From an uncultured archaeon (GTDB lineage Archaea > EX4484-52 > JAADEF01), in assembly GCA_964407715.1 (NCBI GenBank), contig CAYOWP010000002.1:53838-113226 (forward strand): a stretch of DNA of 59,389 nt. Direction: 5' to 3'. Under the pieces are notes generated by a model. The model saw only the letters and a list, made by a program, of their open reading frames with translations. It had not been told where the DNA came from and ran no database searches. Made by a program: the position numbers and the translations under genes. Shown here piece after piece: positions 18,656 to 28,265 of the stretch (the first letter of the stretch is position 1; each line of letters begins with the position of its first letter).

Positions 18656-18678
18656 TTTTTTATATGGATGTGACATGT

Positions 18679-19191
18679 ATGAAAAAAACAAGATATGTAT
18701 GTGAAATTTGTGGAGCATCTACAGATACCTTATTTAAGATTATGTTGGAAGGTAGTATTGTTAATGTATGTCCTTCTTGCAGAGTTCTTGGTAAGGAAAT
18801 AAACGTTGATAAATCAAAAAAAGAAAGAAAGCAAAGTTTTGATATCGAGAGATCTCAAGATTTTGAGATGGTTGAGGAAGTAATGGATAATTATGGTGAA
18901 ATTATCAAAAATAAGATATTAGAGAAATATGGAGACATAAAATCGTTCTGCAAGAAATATAACATCTCATATAATTACCTTATTGGGATTATTAGAGAGG
19001 ATTTTAAACCTACTTTGGAGGAATGTAAAAAATTTGAAAAATTGCTAAATGTTAGGTTAATAGTTTATGAAAAAAGAGAATATTTTATGGAAAATGAAGA
19101 AAAGGAGAATGAAAAAAATTTCCAATCACTTCAATTAGGCATGTTCATTAAAGATGAGAGATTAAAAAAATTACTTAATAATGATTTATAA
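18679..19191 (+). CDS. archaeal MBF1-like transcription factor (N-terminal C4 zinc ribbon plus HTH)
   Basis: Start placed at MKKTRYVCEICGASTD...VCPSCR (C4 ribbon) with a central HTH-like segment (KSFCKKYNISYNYLIGIIRE). This layout is that of aMBF1. The track ORF starts at 18628 inside the GC-rich structured element. Confidence 0.6.
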   Translation: MKKTRYVCEICGASTDTLFKIMLEGSIVNVCPSCRVLGKEINVDKSKKERKQSFDIERSQDFEMVEEVMDNYGEIIKNKILEKYGDIKSFCKKYNISYNYLIGIIREDFKPTLEECKKFEKLLNVRLIVYEKREYFMENEEKENEKNFQSLQLGMFIKDERLKKLLNNDL

Positions 19192-19249
19192 ACCTTTATA
19201 AAGAATATTTAAATATGTGAAGATTTAATTCTAAAGATTAGGTGATAAT

Positions 19250-20539
19250 ATGATGCAAATTAAAGATAAAATGGTAAGGCTTTTTGTATTGTTTATTTCT
19301 GCTATGTTTCTAATATCTATCTTTGGAATATCGCAGGTATTTGCAGTCGAGAATGTGGTCAGCGAGATCAATGTGAATAAAGAAATTCAAATATCTCCTG
19401 AGCCAAAAGATGAAAATGCTAAAAGCGAGATAGGAGAAAGAATAAGTGAGAGAGCTAAGAGAATAAAAGAAAAGAGAGAACTTCTTAAAACAGTTTTTAA
19501 AGATTTAACACCTGAGCAAAGAAGAGCATTATTGTTAATGAATAAAGATGAGATATCAAAGATGATTAGAGAAGGAAAAAAGGAGGAGATAAAAAAGAGA
19601 ATTGAGGAGAAAATAAGAGGAAGAATGATGTTAGAGAAAAGAAAATGGAAGAAAAGGATTGTTGATGTGAGGGAGAAAGAAAGAAGAATAAACAAGATTA
19701 AAGCAAGATTAAAGAAGGTTCAGATAAGGATAAAGAAGCACCATGAAATGGAAATGAAACTAAGAATATTAAGAAATAAATACAAGCAATGTTTAGCATC
19801 AAACAATACACTTGAAAATGAATCTTGTGATGAGATAATAAATGAATTTATTGAAAAATCTAAGGCATATCTTATGAATGGTATCAATGTAAGTATTGAG
19901 AATCTTGAGGCTCTTAAGGACAAAGTAGAATCTTCAGAATACTTGAATGAGACACAGATACAGAACATTGTTATAAAGATAGATAATGAAATAGAGATTT
20001 TGAAATCTATTGAAGATGAGATTGCTGCATGCAATGAGATATCTTGTCTAAGAGATGCTGCAGAACGTTTAAAGAGAAATATTATAAGAATAAAATTTTT
20101 GCTCAAATTGCGTATATTTGAAGAAGAGATGGAAAGGATTGGATTGATAAATGAGAGAGCAAATGCAATACTTGCAAGATTAGAATTGCTCATGGAAAGA
20201 GCAGAAAAGATGAATCTATCTCAAGATAAGATAGAGTTGTTGGAAGAGAATGTAAATGAGATCAGAGAGGATATTGATTTAGCATGTGCTAAGAAAGACG
20301 AGGCTCAAGAGAACTTTGAAAAAGCAAAAGAAGCATTCAGGGAAGGAGATATAGAAGCTGGAAAGGCATATTTGGAGATGTCTAAGGATGCGCTTGAAGA
20401 AGCAAGAAGAGCATTAAGAGATGCAAATAGCAAACTCCAAAGAATTTGGAATTATATAAAATTGAGGAAGAAATTGAGAATCTTTTTAGTTGAAAAAACA
20501 GAAGCGTTAGAGGCACAAACACAAATAGAAATAGAATAG
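19250..20539 (+). CDS. secreted, highly charged coiled-coil protein
   Basis: Signal peptide (LFVLFISAMFLISIFGISQVFA) then ~400 aa of K/E/R-rich heptad-like sequence. Confidence 0.5.
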   Translation: MMQIKDKMVRLFVLFISAMFLISIFGISQVFAVENVVSEINVNKEIQISPEPKDENAKSEIGERISERAKRIKEKRELLKTVFKDLTPEQRRALLLMNKDEISKMIREGKKEEIKKRIEEKIRGRMMLEKRKWKKRIVDVREKERRINKIKARLKKVQIRIKKHHEMEMKLRILRNKYKQCLASNNTLENESCDEIINEFIEKSKAYLMNGINVSIENLEALKDKVESSEYLNETQIQNIVIKIDNEIEILKSIEDEIAACNEISCLRDAAERLKRNIIRIKFLLKLRIFEEEMERIGLINERANAILARLELLMERAEKMNLSQDKIELLEENVNEIREDIDLACAKKDEAQENFEKAKEAFREGDIEAGKAYLEMSKDALEEARRALRDANSKLQRIWNYIKLRKKLRIFLVEKTEALEAQTQIEIE

Positions 20540-20562
20540 CCTTAGTTTTTTCTTTTTCTTTT

Positions 20563-22044
20563 TTATCCTTTAACAACACCTAATGGAATTAGCCTAGCAA
20601 CCAATGTACCAATACCAACCTCATGACTTACTTTTGCAACTTCATCTATATCTTTATATACTTGAGGTGCCTCTTCAACAATCCCTCTCCAAGAAGTTGA
20701 TCTAACATAGATGCCTTTTGTGGATAGCATCTTCTCTATCTGATTTCTATTAAAAGTCTCTATAGCTTTTTTTCTTGACATCAATCTTCCAGCGCCATGT
20801 GCTGTTGATGAGAAACTTACTTCCTCTGCCTTAGAGCTTCCTAATAGAACATAACTTGCAGTTCCCATACTCCCAGGAATTATCACAGGTTGTCCTATGT
20901 TATAATATGCCTTAGGCAACATCTTATTTCCTTTTCCTAAGCTCCTCGTTGCTCCTTTTCTATGTACTATTAACTTTATCTTTTCACCATCTATCTTATG
21001 CTCCTCTAATTTTGCCATGTTATGTGCTACATCATATATTATACCTATATCCATATCCTCTGCACGTGTTTCCATTATCTTCTCAAAGCTTTGTCTGACC
21101 CAATGTGTGATTAATTGCCTATTAGTAAAAGCAAAATTTGCAGCAGCATTCATGCTTAGAAAATACTGTTGTCCAATCTCTGATGTGAACTCAACACTCA
21201 CTAATTCTCTATCTGGTAATGATTTTATATCAACATGATGTTCCATGATTCTTAGAAAATCGCTTGCAACTTGATGCCCAAAACCTCTGCTTCCTGTATG
21301 TATCATTATCATTATTTGATCCTCTTTTTCGATTCCCATTGCTTTTGCAGCTTTTTCATCAAATATTTTCTCAACCTTTTGAATCTCCAAGAAATGATTT
21401 CCGCTCCCTAAGGATCCTATTTGCACTTTTCCTCTATCTATGGCTTTTTGAGAAATATATTCATATGAAGCTTCCTTTAATCTTCCATTTTCCTCTATAA
21501 ATTCCTTATCCTCTTTCCATCCAAAGCCGTTCTGTATCGCGAAATCAACCCCTTTAATAAGTATTTCTAATAATTCATCTTTTGTAAATTTTATCTTTGC
21601 TTCTCCACCAAGACCTGCAGGAACATTTCTGAAGATCTCATCAACCAATTCTCTTATCTTATCCTTTATCTCATCATAAAACAAGTTTGTTCTTAATAGC
21701 CTTACTCCACAGTTTATATCAAATCCAACACCGCCAGGGCTAATTATTCCTTCTTCTTTTATATTAAAAGCTGCTACTCCTCCTATTGGAAATCCATATC
21801 CCTCATGTCCATCCGGCATTAGTATGGCATTTTTTACAATGCCCTTAAGTGATGCGACATTGCTTAATTGCCATAGCGTCTTATCTCTGCTCATATCTTC
21901 AAGTATTCTATCTGAGGCATATATTATTCCATCAACTTTCATTTTCTCTGTTTTCTTTAATTTCCATATATTTTCCTTTAGTTTTACAATTTTTAGATCC
22001 TCATTATTTATCTTTAACATATATTCCTTTTTCATAATTTTCAA
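20563..22044 (-). CDS. rtcB: tRNA-splicing ligase RtcB
   Basis: Conserved RtcB blocks: GGVGFDINCGVR, HTGSRGFGHQ, HNMA, HGAGR, with Cys/His metal ligands. 493 aa. Confidence 0.9.
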   Translation of the reverse strand: MKIMKKEYMLKINNEDLKIVKLKENIWKLKKTEKMKVDGIIYASDRILEDMSRDKTLWQLSNVASLKGIVKNAILMPDGHEGYGFPIGGVAAFNIKEEGIISPGGVGFDINCGVRLLRTNLFYDEIKDKIRELVDEIFRNVPAGLGGEAKIKFTKDELLEILIKGVDFAIQNGFGWKEDKEFIEENGRLKEASYEYISQKAIDRGKVQIGSLGSGNHFLEIQKVEKIFDEKAAKAMGIEKEDQIMIMIHTGSRGFGHQVASDFLRIMEHHVDIKSLPDRELVSVEFTSEIGQQYFLSMNAAANFAFTNRQLITHWVRQSFEKIMETRAEDMDIGIIYDVAHNMAKLEEHKIDGEKIKLIVHRKGATRSLGKGNKMLPKAYYNIGQPVIIPGSMGTASYVLLGSSKAEEVSFSSTAHGAGRLMSRKKAIETFNRNQIEKMLSTKGIYVRSTSWRGIVEEAPQVYKDIDEVAKVSHEVGIGTLVARLIPLGVVKG

Positions 22045-22092
22045 TATACATCATAGAAATTTAAAATAATTCAAATTGTTTTTGAAAAACCA

Positions 22093-22227
22093 GCATTGTC
22101 CAATAATATATTTTTGAAAAATTTGGTTAACGGGAAACATAGCCCTATTCAAAGGGTTAACTGCTCTCATGTGCTTCTTTAAGAGGTTATGGTTCCGCTT
22201 AACAAATAGAGAATTATTGGACAATGC
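22093..22227. repeat. dispersed repeat family, locus B: single complete 135-bp unit with 15/16-bp terminal inverted repeats
   Basis: GCATTGTCCAATAAT (22093-22107) ... core GGTTAACGGGAAACATAGCCCTATTCAAAGGGTTAACTGCTCTCATGTGCTTCTTTAAGAGGTTATGGTTCCGCTTAAC ... ATTATTGGACAATGC (22213-22227). It lies in the divergent rtcB/gyrB intergenic region. Confidence 0.8.
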
Positions 22228-22266
22228 CTGAAAACCCTTTTAAAATCCTGTCTCTTTTAATAATCT

Positions 22267-24192
22267 ATGGTTGAAAAAAAGGATTCTAAGACAAGATATA
22301 CTGCTCAAGATATAAAGGTGCTTGAAGGTTTAGAAGCTGTAAGAAAGAGACCTGCAATGTACATAGGGGATACTTCATTTAGAGGATTTCACCATCTCTT
22401 ATGGGAAGTCATTGATAATAGCATAGATGAAGCCTTAGCAGGTTATGCAACAAAGATAGAAGTTATACTTCATAATGATGGTTCAGCAGAGGTTAGAGAT
22501 AATGGTAGGGGAATTCCTGTAGATATTCATCCATCATATAATATCTCTGCCCTTGAATTGGTATTAACAAAACTTCATGCTGGTGGAAAATTTGATACAA
22601 AAGCATATAAGGTTTCTGGAGGTTTGCATGGGGTTGGGATAAGTGTTGTAAATGCTCTTAGCGAGTATTTGGATGTTAAAATAAAAAGAGATGGCAAAAT
22701 ATGGCATATGAGATTTAAAAAAGGAGAAAAAGAGAAGGATTTAGAGATAATTGGAGAAACAAAGGAGATAGGAACTATTATAAGGTTTAAGCCAGATAAA
22801 GATATATTTAAAAATTTGGAGTTTGATTATAAATACATAAAAGGCCGAGCAAAGGAACTTGCATATCTTAATAAAAATCTTCAGATTACATTAGAGGATA
22901 GAAGAACAGGAAAAAAGGAGACTTTTGTATATAATGAAGGAATTGTGCAATATTTGGATGAGTTGGTAAAATATAAACAGAAGGTTATAGAGAGGCCAAT
23001 ATATTTTAGCGAGCGCCAAGAAGGGGCAGAGGTTGAGATAGCTTTTTTATATGTTCTTGAGGATTATAACATAATAAGAGGATATGTAAATAATATTCAT
23101 ACAATTGAAGGAGGCACGCACATAACTGGTTTTCTCCAAGCATTAACAAAGACAATAAAATCTTATATCAATCATCTGAAAATAAAGACAAAATATGAGA
23201 TAGAGGGAGATGATATAAAGGAAGGCTTGGTAGCCATAATTTCTTTAAAACTTCCTCAACCAGAGTTTGAAGGACAAACTAAGACAAAGTTGGGAAGTAG
23301 AGAAGGAAGAACCATAGTTTATAATGCAACATCAAAGCATTTGGAGGAATACTTTGATAGGCATAATGATGATTTGAAAAAGATCATTGAGAGAGTATTG
23401 AAGGCTGCTGAGGCAAGAATAGCAGCAAAAAAGGCAAGGGAACTTGTTAAAAGAAAATCTGCATTAGAATCGTTTGATCTTCCAGGTAAGCTCTCTGATT
23501 GTTCAACAAAAGATAAAGAAAAGGCAGAATTGTTCATTGTTGAGGGAGAGAGCGCAGGTGGTTCTGCAAAATTGGCAAGAGATAGAAATTTTCAAGCAGT
23601 TTTACCTTTAAAGGGTAAAATAATAAATGTAGAGAAAAACACTATGTTAAAAGTACTGAAGAATGAGGAAATAAGGACATTGATTTCAGCAATAGGTACC
23701 GGGATAGGTGAAAACTTTGATATTAATAAACTTCGATATGGAAAGATAATAATAATGACAGATGCTGATGTTGATGGGGCACATATAAGAACTTTAATAT
23801 TAACATTTTTCTATAGATATCTACCAAAGCTAATAGAAGAGGGGAGAGTATATTTGGCATTACCTCCTTTATATAAAATAAAAACATCAAACAACGAGAT
23901 TTATTATGTTTATAGCGATAAGGAAAAGGAGGAGCTAATTAAAAGATTAGAGAAGAGCAATAAAAAGATTTCAGAGGTTCAGAGATATAAGGGTCTTGGA
24001 GAAATGAATCCAGAGCAATTGTGGGAAACCACAATGGATCCAAAAAGAAGGAAACTTAAAAGAGTGGAGATTGAGGATGCCATAGAAGCTGAAAAGATGT
24101 TTACAATATTAATGGGAGAAAAGGTTGAGCCAAGGAAAGAGTTTATCTTAGAAAATGCGCCATTGCTCAAAATAGAAGAATTGGATATTTAA
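22267..24192 (+). CDS. gyrB: DNA gyrase subunit B
   Basis: GHKL ATPase blocks (GLHGVGISVVNALS), Toprim (LFIVEGESAGGSA), C-terminal YKGLGEMNPEQLWETTMDP. No gyrA follows in this window. Confidence 0.9.
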   Translation: MVEKKDSKTRYTAQDIKVLEGLEAVRKRPAMYIGDTSFRGFHHLLWEVIDNSIDEALAGYATKIEVILHNDGSAEVRDNGRGIPVDIHPSYNISALELVLTKLHAGGKFDTKAYKVSGGLHGVGISVVNALSEYLDVKIKRDGKIWHMRFKKGEKEKDLEIIGETKEIGTIIRFKPDKDIFKNLEFDYKYIKGRAKELAYLNKNLQITLEDRRTGKKETFVYNEGIVQYLDELVKYKQKVIERPIYFSERQEGAEVEIAFLYVLEDYNIIRGYVNNIHTIEGGTHITGFLQALTKTIKSYINHLKIKTKYEIEGDDIKEGLVAIISLKLPQPEFEGQTKTKLGSREGRTIVYNATSKHLEEYFDRHNDDLKKIIERVLKAAEARIAAKKARELVKRKSALESFDLPGKLSDCSTKDKEKAELFIVEGESAGGSAKLARDRNFQAVLPLKGKIINVEKNTMLKVLKNEEIRTLISAIGTGIGENFDINKLRYGKIIIMTDADVDGAHIRTLILTFFYRYLPKLIEEGRVYLALPPLYKIKTSNNEIYYVYSDKEKEELIKRLEKSNKKISEVQRYKGLGEMNPEQLWETTMDPKRRKLKRVEIEDAIEAEKMFTILMGEKVEPRKEFILENAPLLKIEELDI

Positions 24193-24212
24193 TATCATAA
24201 AGGGATGATAAA

Positions 24213-25193
24213 ATGAAATATCAAAATATACTTGTTACAGGTAGTGCAGGATTTATAGGTTTTCATTTATGTAAAAAGCTTTTGGAGGAGTTTTCTCATA
24301 TTAATGTTTATGGTTTGGATAACATGAATAACTATTATTCTCCTCTATTAAAACAAAAAAGAAACGAGATATTGAAAAAGGACAAGAGATATTTTTTCTT
24401 TAAGATAGATTTTTCTGATTGGAATGCTTTAATAGATAGCTTTAAAGATAAAGAGATTGACTTGATTATTCATCTTGGTGCTCAAGCAGGGGTAAGGTAT
24501 TCCTTAGAGAACCCATTTGCTTATGAGACATCCAATGTTAGAGGCACTTTAAATATCTTTGAATTGGCAAGGAAAAAAGATATCTCAAAGGTAATTTATG
24601 CCTCATCATCATCTGTATATGGAGCAAATAGCAAGATTCCTTTTAGCGAGCAGGATCCTGTAGAGAAGCCAATTTCTTTATATGCTGTAACAAAAAGAGC
24701 AGATGAGCTTATGGCATATACATATCATCATCTGTATGATATTGAGATGATTGGTCTACGTTTTTTTACTGTCTATGGGGAATATGGAAGACCTGATATG
24801 GCATATTGGAAATTCGCAAAAAAAATAATGAATAATGAGCCTATCGAAATATACAATTATGGAAATATGATGAGAGACTTTACATATATAGAAGATGCAA
24901 TAAAAGGCATTTTGCTATCTATAGAGAAATCATTTGATTATGAAATTTTCAATATTGGAAATGATAACCCAATTAAATTGGAATATATGATTTCTTTGTT
25001 AGAGAAATACTTGGGAAGAAAGGCAATAAAAAATTATTTACCAATGCAACCTGGAGAAGTAGAGAAAACGTGGGCTGATCTCACTAAATCAAGAAAGATG
25101 CTTGGATATAATCCAGAAACATCTATTGAAGAGGGTCTAAAAAGATTCTCTAAGTGGTTTTTGGATAATTGGAACTGGCTAAAAGATATCTAA
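24213..25193 (+). CDS. NAD-dependent nucleotide-sugar epimerase/dehydratase (SDR family)
   Basis: GSAGFIGFHL Rossmann motif, catalytic YAVTK (YxxxK). 326 aa, typical UDP-sugar 4-epimerase size. Confidence 0.7.
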   Translation: MKYQNILVTGSAGFIGFHLCKKLLEEFSHINVYGLDNMNNYYSPLLKQKRNEILKKDKRYFFFKIDFSDWNALIDSFKDKEIDLIIHLGAQAGVRYSLENPFAYETSNVRGTLNIFELARKKDISKVIYASSSSVYGANSKIPFSEQDPVEKPISLYAVTKRADELMAYTYHHLYDIEMIGLRFFTVYGEYGRPDMAYWKFAKKIMNNEPIEIYNYGNMMRDFTYIEDAIKGILLSIEKSFDYEIFNIGNDNPIKLEYMISLLEKYLGRKAIKNYLPMQPGEVEKTWADLTKSRKMLGYNPETSIEEGLKRFSKWFLDNWNWLKDI

Positions 25194-25213
25194 ATGTTCC
25201 TTGGGTGTATAAG

Positions 25214-27100
25214 GTGTGCGGCATAAATGGCATTGTAAAAAGAGGAAAAAAGATATCTCAGCATGAGATTATATCAATGAATAAAGCAATAAAACATCGA
25301 GGCCCAGATGATGAAGGAATTTTCATTAATTCTTTGAATAAATTTGGAATTGGATTTGGACATGTAAGATTATCAATTTTGGATTTAAGTGAGAAAGGAC
25401 ATCAGCCAATGGGATATAGTATAGAGAATGACAAAATTATCTATAAGGATAAAGAATTAGAGAAAGCGGATATAATAATAGTGCACAATGGAGAAGTTTA
25501 TAATTATCTTGAATTAGCTGAGAAGTATAATCTTAATAGAGAAACAAATACAGATACAGAGGTTATCTTAAAGTTATATTGTCTTAAAGGTATTGATTTT
25601 GTGAGGGAGCTTAATGGAATGTGGGCTTTCTGCATATATGATAAAAGAACATCCAAAATATTTTGCTCAAGAGATAGAGTTGGAAAAAAGCCGTTTTATT
25701 ATCTTATCAATGATAAGGAATTCGTATTTTCTTCTGAGTTAAAGGGAATATTGAGCATAAGAAACATTAATAAAAAAGAAAATATTTCAAAGGAGGCTGT
25801 AGAATTGTATTTCTCTTTAGGTTTTATTCCTTCTCCTTATACAATCTATAAGAACATATTTAAATTGCCTGCCTCACATATCTTGATCTTTGATATTAAT
25901 AAGTGGAAGATTTCATTAAGAAGATATTGGAAACTTCCAAAATATGCTCCTTCTTATGAGAACAAAGAAGCGCTTAAAAGAAAATTTTTGTCATTGTTGG
26001 AGGATGCTGTAAGGATAAGGCTGAGGTCAGAGGTTCCAATAGGTTGTTTTTTGAGCAGTGGATTGGATAGTTCTGTGGTTACTTATTTTATGAAAAAATT
26101 CGTAGGCAAGTCAAAATTACATTCCTTCTCTGTAGGATTTGAAGGAAAATATGATGAATCTCCTCATATAAAAAAGATAGTTAAGGTTTTTGATACTATT
26201 CATCATCACATATACTTTAATAAAAGGGATTTCGATAGTGTTTTAGATATAATCCCATATGTGTTTGATGAACCATATGGTGATCATTCTATTTTCCCTA
26301 CTTATAAGATATCTGAATTTGCTAAAAAAGAAGTTGGTGTGGTGTTATCTGGAGATGGAGGTGATGAAATACTTGGCGGATATGAGATTTACGTCTATGC
26401 CAAAATCATTGATATATTAAGGAAACTTCCTTTCTTTTTACGTAAAATACTTGCGAGAATTCCTATGAAAAATAAAAGCGAGATTATATATAGGATTGGT
26501 GAGGCATTTAGATTGTCTCTTTTACCTTCTGAAAAAATATGGTCTGAGGCATATGCAGATATAATGTATAAACCTGAGATATATAAAAAATGGACAGAAA
26601 AAAGGATGAGGGAGGCACTTAAACTTGGAGGTTCCTTAGATGAGAGCATGAGAATCTTTGATTTGCTTTATAGAACTTTGGGAGATAACTATCTAACAAA
26701 GATGGATAGAGCATCAATGTATCATTCTTTAGAGGTTAGATGTCCTTTTTTGGATTATAGATTGATTGAATTTTGTCAGAATATTCCTTCTGAATTGAGA
26801 GTAGGAATCTTTAAGACAAAAAAATTTATGCGTGATGCTCTAAGTGGAATCTTGCCAAAAGAGATTATAAAAAAGAAGAAGCGTGGATTCACACCACCAA
26901 TTGATAAGTGGATTGTTGATGAAAAATATATAAAGGAGATAAAAAAGAAAGATAAAATTCTAAAGGAAATCTCTGAGGATTTATATAGATTTTATAGGGA
27001 AAAAGTCTATCCTAATGCAAAAGATATCTTATATCATAGAATTTATCTTATAAGGTTGTATATATTCATAAAATGGTGGGAGAAATGGATAAGAGATTAA
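25214..27100 (+). CDS. asnB: asparagine synthetase (glutamine-hydrolysing), class II amidotransferase
   Basis: In-frame GTG at 25214 gives the N-terminus (M)CGINGIV, with the mandatory Cys2 nucleophile. Synthetase-domain PP-loop SGGLDSS. The track ORF starts at an upstream ATG (25169), which would bury the Cys. Confidence 0.8.
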   Translation: MCGINGIVKRGKKISQHEIISMNKAIKHRGPDDEGIFINSLNKFGIGFGHVRLSILDLSEKGHQPMGYSIENDKIIYKDKELEKADIIIVHNGEVYNYLELAEKYNLNRETNTDTEVILKLYCLKGIDFVRELNGMWAFCIYDKRTSKIFCSRDRVGKKPFYYLINDKEFVFSSELKGILSIRNINKKENISKEAVELYFSLGFIPSPYTIYKNIFKLPASHILIFDINKWKISLRRYWKLPKYAPSYENKEALKRKFLSLLEDAVRIRLRSEVPIGCFLSSGLDSSVVTYFMKKFVGKSKLHSFSVGFEGKYDESPHIKKIVKVFDTIHHHIYFNKRDFDSVLDIIPYVFDEPYGDHSIFPTYKISEFAKKEVGVVLSGDGGDEILGGYEIYVYAKIIDILRKLPFFLRKILARIPMKNKSEIIYRIGEAFRLSLLPSEKIWSEAYADIMYKPEIYKKWTEKRMREALKLGGSLDESMRIFDLLYRTLGDNYLTKMDRASMYHSLEVRCPFLDYRLIEFCQNIPSELRVGIFKTKKFMRDALSGILPKEIIKKKKRGFTPPIDKWIVDEKYIKEIKKKDKILKEISEDLYRFYREKVYPNAKDILYHRIYLIRLYIFIKWWEKWIRD

Positions 27101-27121
27101 AAGTTTTCTACATCGCATTTT

Positions 27122-28210
27122 CTATCTTGTAATTTCATAAGATTTTATTTCCTCAAACAATTTCCTTGCCTTTTTATTCTTCTCAAAATGCTCTCTTATA
27201 GGTGCTATCATCTCATTCAAATATTTTGCAAGAGTATCCTTTAAATCTAATGGGTGAATTTCTCCTTTAATATATCTTGATTCCAACTCATCATATGAAA
27301 GCACCTCTAAGTTTCCTCCATATTTTGCTGGTCTCTCTATAATAACTCTATCATATCTTCTGAAAACAATTTCTTTAAAGTATTGAAGAATAGGATTATC
27401 ATTAGCCTCTTTTTGTGGACAATAAGCTCCTCTTAATTTTCTTTTTATTTCATCATAAGAATCATGAACAAATATTGCAGTATCTGGCTTTGATTTGCTC
27501 ATTTTTGAGGTGATAATAACATCTTTTCTTAAATCCTCATCCATATGCTGTGGCTTTATAGGTCCTTTTAATCCCATAAGGAGATTATGATGCACAGCAA
27601 TAGGCTTTTTCCATTTTAATTTTTCTGCTATCTCTCTGGCAAGCACATTGACTTTTCTTTGATCCAAACCAAGCTGACAGATATCCACATCCAAATGAAA
27701 TATATCAGCACATTGCATGCTTGGATAGAAAATGATAGAGGTCGAGTTTTCCATGCTCTCAACTCTACCAGCAATTGTTAATGCTCTCAAAGTTCTCCTT
27801 AAAGTATGATTCTGCGCAATCAAAATGACCTTTCTCCAATACTCTTCATCTGAGATAAAATCCTTATGCCAGCATACCTCTACCTTACTAAAATCAACAC
27901 CTGCTGCCTTCCAAACCTCTATAAAATATTCTCCTACTTTTCTTATTTTTTCTATGTCTCCTCCAAATTTCAGATTTATCCATGCGAATGTATCAGCTAA
28001 AAGAAGTTTGAATTTAATGCCTGTCTTCAGCAATTCATTTATTAAAAGAGGTCTATATATACCAAAAGGTAAATGTGCAATACCTGAGGGCTCAAATCCA
28101 TCATAAGCTACAGGATGTGTTTTAGTTTCAAACAGCTCTTTTAGATCTTTTTCAGTGATTATTTCATACGATATGCTCTTAAATATAGATATCTTTTCCT
28201 CAATATCCAT
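27122..28210 (-). CDS. tyrS: tyrosine--tRNA ligase (archaeal type)
   Basis: Class I motifs (YDGFEPSG...HLPFG region, KMSKS) and a C-terminal block (KRKLRGAYCP...SYDELESRYIKGEIHPLDLKD) closely resembling archaeal TyrRS. Start placed at internal MDIEEK (28210). The track ORF extends to 28492 through a hydrophobic low-complexity stretch overlapping the next gene. Confidence 0.75.
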   Translation of the reverse strand: MDIEEKISIFKSISYEIITEKDLKELFETKTHPVAYDGFEPSGIAHLPFGIYRPLLINELLKTGIKFKLLLADTFAWINLKFGGDIEKIRKVGEYFIEVWKAAGVDFSKVEVCWHKDFISDEEYWRKVILIAQNHTLRRTLRALTIAGRVESMENSTSIIFYPSMQCADIFHLDVDICQLGLDQRKVNVLAREIAEKLKWKKPIAVHHNLLMGLKGPIKPQHMDEDLRKDVIITSKMSKSKPDTAIFVHDSYDEIKRKLRGAYCPQKEANDNPILQYFKEIVFRRYDRVIIERPAKYGGNLEVLSYDELESRYIKGEIHPLDLKDTLAKYLNEMIAPIREHFEKNKKARKLFEEIKSYEITR

Positions 28211-28265
28211 AAAAATTCTAAAAGAAATTAAATTTAAAAAATAATCACATAAAAATACATAAGAT

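Noticed and set aside
18656-18664. Oligo-T after the GC-rich element as a terminator
   Set aside because: The same T-rich tract (TTTTTTATAT) lies ~15-25 nt upstream of the MBF1-like start and could equally be its TATA box. It is therefore not called as a terminator feature.
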